From contig JAUWZP010000002.1 in assembly GCA_030615265.1 (NCBI GenBank), forward strand, positions 1 to 55,301: a DNA stretch of 55,301 nt, given 5' to 3'. This document shows positions 35,795-43,184 of the stretch, in pieces (within the stretch, counting starts at the first letter, position 1; each line of letters starts with the position of its first letter). This stretch comes from Candidatus Bathyarchaeota archaeon. GTDB lineage: Archaea; Thermoproteota; Bathyarchaeia; Bathyarchaeales; Bathyarchaeaceae. The notes under the pieces were generated by a model. That model searched no databases and was not told where the DNA came from. It was given only the letters and a program-made list of their open reading frames with translations. A program made the translations under genes and the position numbers.

Positions 35795-37662
35795 CAGCTA
35801 TCATCTCTTTCCTTTATTGTATATTTATCTAGAATAGTTTTCATGTTCTTTCTATCTCCATTATCCTTACTTATAGAATCACCAAACATTTTCAAGTCAA
35901 GATATTTCTTAATAGCAGTTTTTACTCTATTTCTTAAAACATTTGGTTCTAGAGCGTCAAGCTCAACGCCATAATTTATGTTGAATGTTTTCTTAAACCA
36001 CTTAAGTCTCTTATCCTTGCTCTTAAGCGGATTCTTGAATAAGTTATACTTTGTTACATCAGCGACATTTAATGCTGTTTCTTCAACATCAACATTATTG
36101 ACATCTATTTCTTTGAGTCTTTCTCTTAGATACTTTGGCATATCTTTTCCACTAGGGTCTAAATCACCAAAATACAATACTTTAATTTCTCGGTCAGAGT
36201 AATTTGCAAATCTCTCTTTAGCACTAAATATTTGTGCTAGTGAAGGATACTTTCCAGATACAGATAGATAGACTCCAAATATATTAGTCGTCGAAAATAT
36301 GGTTCTTGCTAGTGCCTTCTTTTCTAACCATACTTCAATATAGTATCGTTGCTTTGCCCACCAATCCCCTCTGTAATAATCTAGTGCTTTCTCAAGAGGT
36401 TCTAGGACATTTTTGTATTGTGGGGTTCCTAACAGCTCTGTATCATCTGCTATACTTTGTGGAAGTACTAATCCCCCTAATACACACCTAGTGATTATAT
36501 TATCTAAACTTTGATATGTATTAATAGATGCAACACTCGTTTTGGGAAAGGGTACAATTTTGTTGCTTATACAGTGATAATAAAACTGTCTTACCGTTAT
36601 TATTCGATGTGTTTGTATGAATTTGACTAATGCTCTGTACTGTTTCAAAACTCTTGTCTGTATGCTTCTAAGGAATGGTCTATAAGGAGTTCCAATTACT
36701 TGTAATCCAGCATTTGCACAGATTCCATAGTGTTTATTTGAAGTAGAAGTTGGGTTTTCTATTCTCGAAGTTAGTTCTTGCATTTCCTCTCTTGTTATCC
36801 AATCCTTGTCCCACAGTTCTTGCACTCTCTTATCCTTCCATTTGGTTTTTGAAGATTTTTTCATGTTTTCTTGCTCCCAGCCCCAGCCCAGAAGGCAAGC
36901 CAAGAATATATGCTCTGGGGTAATCTTGAGAGAAATGATATCCTCTCTCCATAAAAAAAGACCAGACCTGCTGGAATTCAGAGGAATTTCCCAGATGCAT
37001 ACAAACCTGCTGAAACATCCAGAGAGTCCCCCCACAACCTGTTCTTTTTGGCTAGATTCAGAGGAAAAATCTTCAATCGAAATTGCTTTCGAGCTTGTTA
37101 TCCTCTTAACTATCTCAGAAACTAAGTGTAATAACCCTCTCTTCAAGTATGTACTTGCTATATAATCAAAGAAATATGAATGAGACTCGAACTGCTCAGA
37201 TAGCTTCCTATAGTAGAACCCTATGAAGTCAATAGGCTTAAAGACTTTAACATGATGATCCCTTAATATCTTCAAGCTATCTCTAGTATAGACTTTCTTA
37301 TCATTAGTCAGAATTATCCTATAATCGTAAGAATCATTGAATCTCGGTAGATAGTCATGTTTAATGTATGAAGGATAGATGTTAGCATAGGATTCATGAT
37401 ATTTACATTCTACTCCAAAAGTGAGCTTACCACAAGAAACCTTAGAGTCTACACCTTTCTTTCGGTTATTTGACTTCCAGAAAGAAGCTATGAAGGGGTT
37501 AGAGTCATGGTCTATCATATTGTCATCTAGAATCTCAAATTGAACAAATAATTCCCAATTGAAACCTAAACTCTGTCTTGTTGTTAATCCTTTATAGAAA
37601 TCAGTCCTGTATAACCTATCATTTCTTTCTAGATGATTAGGTTCATGCATACATGCATTCAA
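35794..37662 (-). CDS. Spo11/Topo VI-A-like protein (5Y-CAP + Toprim) with ~330-aa N-terminal extension carrying a PD-(D/E)xK-like motif
   Basis: Blocks align by eye to the host Top6A: IITVRQFYYHC vs TLRDVYYSA, YIEVWLEKKALARTIF vs KVIAIEKGGLFTRF, SVSGKYPSLAQIF vs LTAGQAPRATRHF, VLYFGDLDPSGKDM vs VYIFTDGDPWGMHI, GVELDALEP vs KAEQEAFS. The N-terminus has IDHD...LTFGVECKY. The first ATG is at 37650 (MHEPNH). Confidence 0.7.
   Translation of the reverse strand: MNACMHEPNHLERNDRLYRTDFYKGLTTRQSLGFNWELFVQFEILDDNMIDHDSNPFIASFWKSNNRKKGVDSKVSCGKLTFGVECKYHESYANIYPSYIKHDYLPRFNDSYDYRIILTNDKKVYTRDSLKILRDHHVKVFKPIDFIGFYYRKLSEQFESHSYFFDYIASTYLKRGLLHLVSEIVKRITSSKAISIEDFSSESSQKEQVVGGLSGCFSRFVCIWEIPLNSSRSGLFLWREDIISLKITPEHIFLACLLGWGWEQENMKKSSKTKWKDKRVQELWDKDWITREEMQELTSRIENPTSTSNKHYGICANAGLQVIGTPYRPFLRSIQTRVLKQYRALVKFIQTHRIITVRQFYYHCISNKIVPFPKTSVASINTYQSLDNIITRCVLGGLVLPQSIADDTELLGTPQYKNVLEPLEKALDYYRGDWWAKQRYYIEVWLEKKALARTIFSTTNIFGVYLSVSGKYPSLAQIFSAKERFANYSDREIKVLYFGDLDPSGKDMPKYLRERLKEIDVNNVDVEETALNVADVTKYNLFKNPLKSKDKRLKWFKKTFNINYGVELDALEPNVLRNRVKTAIKKYLDLKMFGDSISKDNGDRKNMKTILDKYTIKERDDS
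37646..37661. repeat. Right arm of 16-bp perfect inverted repeat (TGCATACATGCATTCA on + strand)
   Basis: Exact reverse complement of 34801..34816. Overlaps the start-codon region of the 622-aa gene. Confidence 0.9.
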
Positions 37663-37771
37663 CTCTTTTTATTTCAAAAGGAGAGTGTGAGGATAAGGAT
37701 GTGATTACATGTCAGATTGAGGATAAATGTCTGAAACATATCCCCACACTATTTTGACTCCTTTAATTCAA

Positions 37772-38179
37772 TCATTTATTTTTTATAACTAACTCAACTG
37801 CTTTATTCAGTAAATCTTCTATCTTATCAGACTTGGATAATCTATGAGTAATTCTTTCTCCAGAATATCCCACTTGTTGATGTAATGTAGAATACATTAT
37901 TGCTTTCTGAGGTTCCTTAGATACCTCATAAGGATCAGATAGTTCTTCTTCAGATTCCTCTTCAATGCTTCCGTCTGTGGCTAAGATTTGATTAATAGTT
38001 CCATTCTCAACTTTAAGTAGAAATTTGTTAAAGTCTTCCAGAGTGTATTTTGATAGTTCTTGAATGATAACATCTCTAGCAGAAATGGATAATTCTTCAA
38101 CACCTTTAGAAGTGTAGATGTGACCTAAAACAGAATTAGTATCTGAATCAATCTCTTTTACTCTAAACCATATTTTCAT
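37772..38179 (-). CDS. Hypothetical protein (acidic central segment)
   Basis: 135-aa ORF, 6 nt downstream of the wHTH gene. No family recognised. Confidence 0.45.
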   Translation of the reverse strand: MKIWFRVKEIDSDTNSVLGHIYTSKGVEELSISARDVIIQELSKYTLEDFNKFLLKVENGTINQILATDGSIEEESEEELSDPYEVSKEPQKAIMYSTLHQQVGYSGERITHRLSKSDKIEDLLNKAVELVIKNK

Positions 38180-38185
38180 AAGAAT

Positions 38186-38446
38186 CTACTCCAGTAATGC
38201 TAGTCGCCTTAAGCCTTCTTTAGTAATTGAGAATGTTCTATTCCTGTTCCCCTCAGCAGAAATGGATTCAGACTTTATCAAATTTCTAATATGTGTCTGT
38301 AGTGTGTGGTATAATGATATCCCAGTATAACCATAACTGAAGCCAAATACCCTTTCTAACTCATTGAATCTTAATGATTTATCACTAAGTATGTTTAGGA
38401 TTCTAAGCTCATTTAAAGAAGATTGAGGGCGTACTATTCTTTTCAT
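38186..38446 (-). CDS. Small winged-helix DNA-binding protein
   Basis: LNELRILNILSDKSLRFNELERVF...RTFSITKEGLRRL is a wHTH-like pattern. 4-nt overlap with the upstream gene. Confidence 0.5.
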   Translation of the reverse strand: MKRIVRPQSSLNELRILNILSDKSLRFNELERVFGFSYGYTGISLYHTLQTHIRNLIKSESISAEGNRNRTFSITKEGLRRLALLE

Positions 38447-39198
38447 TCTACTTCACAAACCTTAGCTAATTGCTGAATGTGTTTCTTTTTCTGTTGATGT
38501 TCAGAGATCATAGTATTGACACAAGAATCTAGAATGCTAGAGAGATTTCTTTCTCGTAATTGATGAATAGTCTTGATGTTTTCTCCTTGCTCTTGACGTT
38601 TAGAAAGTTCATGTGATTCCTTGAGTCGGCTAAGTTCCTCATTCTCTAACTTTCTCTTAAACTCAACCATTGCATTATAAATCTGAATGTCCTTGTTTCT
38701 ATAGTCACTTTGGGAATGTTCCTTTTTACCTGTTAAGATATATGTCTCAGCGTCACGACTTGCTTGTTTTCTCATAGCTTCATCTTCATCAGTTTTGAAC
38801 TTTGATATTTGTTTATGCAATTCAGCATTAAACAAAATTTCATAACGTTCCTGCTCGGGATATTTCTGTTTCTCTAATGGATAGAATTTTGAATGCGGTA
38901 GTATATTCTTTGTTAGTTCTTGAGAAAGTAGCAACTGCTTTCTTAGTTTACCAGTTACAGGATAGTTTTCTAAAATGTCTAAATATTCTAAAGACAGTGA
39001 AAGAATTTCAGTAGACAGTTTATCTAATTCTTCACTGTTGTCAAATATTCCATAAATTATCTCATTATATTCCTTACTGTTGTTAACCATATCTTTTAAA
39101 GAGTTCTTACTAAGCTTGCCTCTACATCTTTCTAAAGTAGATAAACCATGAATCCAAATCTTAGAGTTGTCCTTTAATTCTTCTATGTTCCTTTTCAT
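38443..39198 (-). CDS. Hypothetical coiled-coil-rich protein
   Basis: 251-aa ORF, first gene of a three-gene minus-strand operon. No family recognised. Confidence 0.45.
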   Translation of the reverse strand: MKRNIEELKDNSKIWIHGLSTLERCRGKLSKNSLKDMVNNSKEYNEIIYGIFDNSEELDKLSTEILSLSLEYLDILENYPVTGKLRKQLLLSQELTKNILPHSKFYPLEKQKYPEQERYEILFNAELHKQISKFKTDEDEAMRKQASRDAETYILTGKKEHSQSDYRNKDIQIYNAMVEFKRKLENEELSRLKESHELSKRQEQGENIKTIHQLRERNLSSILDSCVNTMISEHQQKKKHIQQLAKVCEVE

Positions 39199-39333
39199 AA
39201 TAATATACCTACTATAAGTTAATGACTGTCACTTCAGCTATATATATGTTGTCTATACTATAATTTGTTACCTAGCACTATGGATATTATTGAAATAAAA
39301 GAGAGGATAGGATATGAATTTTATCCAAGTCTG

Positions 39334-39591
39334 TTATTCTTTCTTCTTTAGGTAGATTTTATTTTCTCTCTGTAGAACTGTTAGAGATAGTTTTCTTACC
39401 TTGATTCTAGTTCGTAATCCAATTAGTAGTGTCTGAGAAGTTACTCCTTTAGCTCCAACTCTAACAGATTTACTATCAGATTCTAAGAATTGATCTAGTA
39501 CAGCATCGTATTTACTACCTCTCTTAGCAAACTCTCTTTCTACTTTAGGTATCTTCTCTGGAGTTAATGTAAAATCTAACATCTCACTCAT
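39334..39591 (-). CDS. Hypothetical small basic protein
   Basis: 85-aa ORF. No family recognised. Confidence 0.4.
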   Translation of the reverse strand: MSEMLDFTLTPEKIPKVEREFAKRGSKYDAVLDQFLESDSKSVRVGAKGVTSQTLLIGLRTRIKVRKLSLTVLQRENKIYLKKKE

Positions 39592-40093
39592 AGACTTCTC
39601 ACCCCTATTCTAAGTTGATTGAAGAGAACATCAAGTTACAGCTAGTATCATTTAAGAGTTATTGATTTGAATAATTAAAAGAAGTATGGTTCCTACCTTT
39701 ACAGAACTCTCTCTTATGTATATTTTAAACAATACTCGATTAATGGATGTTATTCATGGAGTATATCTTAACCTCTAGCTCAAGTTTAAATTAATATTAT
39801 GGTTGAATGGTAATATCATTTAACCTTCATACTTTGTCTCCAGTGATGCATGCAGGAAAGGTTATAGAAAATACGGGCTTACATTATGTTCTACTATTGA
39901 AAAAATAGTCAAGTGGATGCATAAAGGAATACTATATGTTCTACCCTAATTCTCTGTCCTTTAAGCCCATTAAGAACCAGAAAAACAAACCATTAAGCAC
40001 AAGTGAACCAAGATGAACCAATAGAAAAAAGAGAGAGGATTATTCCTCGGCATGCATTAAAGAGAAGAAACTATCAGTTAAGAAGAGGGAATC

Positions 40094-40555
40094 CTACTCC
40101 TTTAGAAGTGCATCCCAAATGCTCAATCCTCCTTTTCCATAGTATTGAAGCATAGTCTCCCTTTCAACAATTCTCTTTGCTGTTTTCTTTCCGAGTTTTC
40201 TAATCAAATACGGAGCTAGTTCTACAAATGGAATTTTAGATACACTCGCCATCCATATCACCCCAGATAGAAGTTGACTAGGACTTTCACATATCACTGA
40301 ATGCTGAAGGTTTTTGAGTTCTTTTTCTCTCAACTTTATGTCCTCAAGATAATCGTCTAAATGACTCAACTCAAACTCCTTCCCAACCGCCATAGCTATC
40401 GCCGACATGCATAGGTTGTAATTATTTCTCATATCATAAGCCATAAACTGATTCACTTGTCTTACATGTTTCTCCAATTTCAACAGTTTTAATTCTAACT
40501 TGTCAAGTTTTTCATCAACTAATTCCATTAAACTTTTCTTTTTGGGTTTTGACAT
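40094..40555 (-). CDS. Hypothetical protein
   Basis: 153-aa ORF directly downstream of the integrase. No family recognised. Confidence 0.45.
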   Translation of the reverse strand: MSKPKKKSLMELVDEKLDKLELKLLKLEKHVRQVNQFMAYDMRNNYNLCMSAIAMAVGKEFELSHLDDYLEDIKLREKELKNLQHSVICESPSQLLSGVIWMASVSKIPFVELAPYLIRKLGKKTAKRIVERETMLQYYGKGGLSIWDALLKE

Positions 40556-40636
40556 GATTGCATCTTTGGAAAACTATTGCTAGTAGGCTCTTAAACTTTT
40601 GGTTACAATTGAGACACAAAGAAAGGAGATAGAGAG

Positions 40637-41776
40637 CTATTCCTTTAGCTTCTCTTTTATTATGGGATAAAGCTCTACAGGTATAGTGTCCTTAAATGTC
40701 TCTATCATAGCTTGTTTTCCCTCTGTGGTTAATAGCCAATCCTTAAACATATTACCAAAGTCTAACTTAGCTAATTCTTGCTTAACAGTTTCACTAGAGA
40801 ATTGTTGTTTGTTGTTTATCCTTAAGTGTTCCATAGCTAACTTGTACTTTGCTCTATGCTTCTCTGCATCCTTAGTGAAGTAAGAATTATCTTGCATGTT
40901 TAGAGAGTGTCCCATCCAATAGTGAGCATAAGTTCTATCTACCTTCTCATGTTCACTAGCTTTCATTCTAAACCATTTCCTTAAGCAATAAAGTCTAATG
41001 TCTTTAGGTTTCCCACCTCTGTCTTTAGCTATTCCTAGTTTGAGAGCTATATGACTAAATGTTATTGAGATAGAGCATGTACAAATCTTACCTTTACCCC
41101 TCGTCTTAATGAATACCAAATCTTCATCTTGTGGTTCCTTGTCCTTGAATCTTAGTTTGAAGTATTGCTTCAAGTACTGTACTGTTTCATGTCCTATGAA
41201 TGTACAATAACTAGAGTATTGTCCTTTAGTAATTTCTGAAGGAACATCTATTTTGCAAGGAATAGTATTTTTCTCAAAGTCTTCCCTTAGATGTCCATAT
41301 CTTAGTTTCTGAATGCTTACTGGTCTTAATCCAGATTGAGCCATCATAGAATAGATTGCTTTATCTCTCATCTTTTGAGTGTGAGCTATGATGTTAGATA
41401 TTTCTTCTCTTGTAATGTCTCTATTGTGGTAGATAGGTTTTATAGCTGATATTTTAATCTCTACTGGAGTTCCTAACCACTTAAAGAAACTCTTGATAGC
41501 TACTAAGCTAGTAGATACTGTACTATTGCATATTTCTTTTCTCTCTACTCTTTGCTTAAGACTTACTTTAAATTTCTTAACGTTCATGTTCCATGTCTTA
41601 GTGAATTGTTTCTCTTTTGAATAGCTATCTACAGATTGCCATTCTGTAGCAATAGCATCCAAATTAGTGTTAGTGAATGCTTCAAATAACTTAGTGTATC
41701 TCCTATAATTTCTCTCAGTCATCTTAGAGCCACATACATCAGTTATCCATAAATCAACTGTAGACATATTATTCAT
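40637..41776 (-). CDS. Tyrosine recombinase / integrase
   Basis: N-terminal SAM-like domain (TERNYRRYTKLFEAF, LVAIKSFFKWL). Catalytic blocks are SGLRPVSIQKLRYGHL (Arg), LRKWFRMKA, and HYWMGHS...SYF (His/Tyr region). Confidence 0.8.
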   Translation of the reverse strand: MNNMSTVDLWITDVCGSKMTERNYRRYTKLFEAFTNTNLDAIATEWQSVDSYSKEKQFTKTWNMNVKKFKVSLKQRVERKEICNSTVSTSLVAIKSFFKWLGTPVEIKISAIKPIYHNRDITREEISNIIAHTQKMRDKAIYSMMAQSGLRPVSIQKLRYGHLREDFEKNTIPCKIDVPSEITKGQYSSYCTFIGHETVQYLKQYFKLRFKDKEPQDEDLVFIKTRGKGKICTCSISITFSHIALKLGIAKDRGGKPKDIRLYCLRKWFRMKASEHEKVDRTYAHYWMGHSLNMQDNSYFTKDAEKHRAKYKLAMEHLRINNKQQFSSETVKQELAKLDFGNMFKDWLLTTEGKQAMIETFKDTIPVELYPIIKEKLKE

Positions 41777-41913
41777 ATTCTGCTACACTCCTAAGTTTTG
41801 TAATAATGACTTAAGGAGTATAAGCTTATTATAAGTTGTCGAAAGCTAAATATAAACGAAAGGATAAAATAAAGCCTAGTTTAAACCTATGTAAACCTTG
41901 AGGATGTGAGTGG

Positions 41914-42117
41914 TTGATGAGCAAAGGCGAGGCACCTATAGGATTAACAATCATGGAAAAACTGGTTGGGCTTATCATAATGCTCATAGGCATAATCATC
42001 TTCTGGGTGACATATACCAACATCAGCAGTATAGGATCTCATCCAATCATATTCTTTGTTACAGGCTTAATCCTCATTGGCTTAGGCATCGTCATGGTTA
42101 CATCCAAAACAGAATAG
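41914..42117 (+). CDS. Small two-TM membrane protein
   Basis: 67-aa ORF (ATG 41917) with two hydrophobic helices. Composition is host-like. Confidence 0.45.
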   Translation: MMSKGEAPIGLTIMEKLVGLIIMLIGIIIFWVTYTNISSIGSHPIIFFVTGLILIGLGIVMVTSKTE

Positions 42118-42161
42118 CTCTCTTTGACTTTTCCCTCATTAAACGCGAGCTTCTATGGCGC

Positions 42162-42572
42162 TTAAAAAAATCTACGCTTCCTTTTCTTACGCTGGTTTCT
42201 TGGTTGCAGGTCAGATTCTTCAGGTTGCTGACTGCCAGAGGAAGCCTCGCTAGTAGACACTTTCATAGAGTCTTTCTCTTGTGATTCTCTCAATCTTTTT
42301 TCTAGGTCCCTTTTCCTGGATTCCAGCTCTTCCACAAATGTACGTTTCGCTGTAATCTTTTCTTTCAATTCTTGAACTGTTAGATTTTCTGGTTCCACTA
42401 TTGAAGCCAGTTCATAAATCTTCTTTACTTTTCCGCATTGTTGACATTCATAGTTTTCTTCTATTGCACCCCCTCTGATGATGGCAGTCTTAATCAAGAC
42501 ATGATCCGTTTTTCTGCCACATTTTCCGCATCTAAGGAAAACATATGGTCTATAAATGGTAACAACAGCCAT
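42162..42572 (-). CDS. Hypothetical zinc-ribbon protein with charged C-terminal tail
   Basis: CGKCGRK...CQQCGK, then a coiled/charged tail ending KKRKRR. Confidence 0.5.
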   Translation of the reverse strand: MAVVTIYRPYVFLRCGKCGRKTDHVLIKTAIIRGGAIEENYECQQCGKVKKIYELASIVEPENLTVQELKEKITAKRTFVEELESRKRDLEKRLRESQEKDSMKVSTSEASSGSQQPEESDLQPRNQRKKRKRRFF

Positions 42573-42854
42573 TGCTTACTCATCTTTTTGCTTTTCAACA
42601 GTAACTGCCATCGAGAACCAATTAAAACATTATGAATTTACAGTATACAGTACGCATATGTCTTAGCGTTGTTGGCTTAAAAAACATTAAGCAGAAAAGT
42701 GGGGATGCCCCCTATAAGACTCTCCTTCTTTCACACTAAATATCATCTTGTTTCTCATGGATAATAGCGTATAGAAGATGTTACCCAAGAATTCCTAAAC
42801 AGGTCTGCTGTGCAACGAAGGAGACACTTTTGTGCGAGATAAAAATTGAGACCC

Positions 42855-43184
42855 TTATGCTTTTTTCCGGATTACAGTTTCTAGTTCTTTTGCTCGTGTT
42901 TCGATGAACTCTGCGACTTTTTCTTCGCTGTATTTTCTGGCTTCATATTGTCTTGTCAAATGTTGTCTGATCGTGCTGAGAAGGTTGTCTATTTTCAGCG
43001 GCTTGAGTATGTAGGCGTCTCCCCCGTTGTTCACGGCTTCAATGGCGTTCTGCAATGTCGCACGCGCTTCTATTCCGTGAAGTACACGTACGATTTTAAG
43101 GAATCTTATGAAATCTTCGCTATGCCTTGCTTGATCGGGCTGACAGCTATTATCTCGTAGCTTTAGCTGAGTCCCCGGAATAAC
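42855..43184 (-). pseudogene. Response-regulator receiver domain, C-terminal fragment only
   Basis: The frame is open from 43184. ...RDNSCQPDQ..FIRFLKIVRVLHGIEARATLQNAIEAVNNGGDAYILKPLKIDNLLSTI matches receiver beta3-alpha5. There is no N-terminal acidic pocket and no ATG, and it overlaps the 3' end of the upstream gene. Confidence 0.6.

Larger units (their letters stand above)
33584..41913. mobile_element. AT-rich integrated element (integrase-bearing, ~8.3 kb; boundaries approximate)
   Basis: Abrupt visible drop in G+C and a shift in codon usage right after the top6A stop. Mostly orphan ORFs, an intact tyrosine recombinase at the right end, and host-like composition resuming near 41.9 kb. 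No att repeats identified by eye. Confidence 0.6.
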
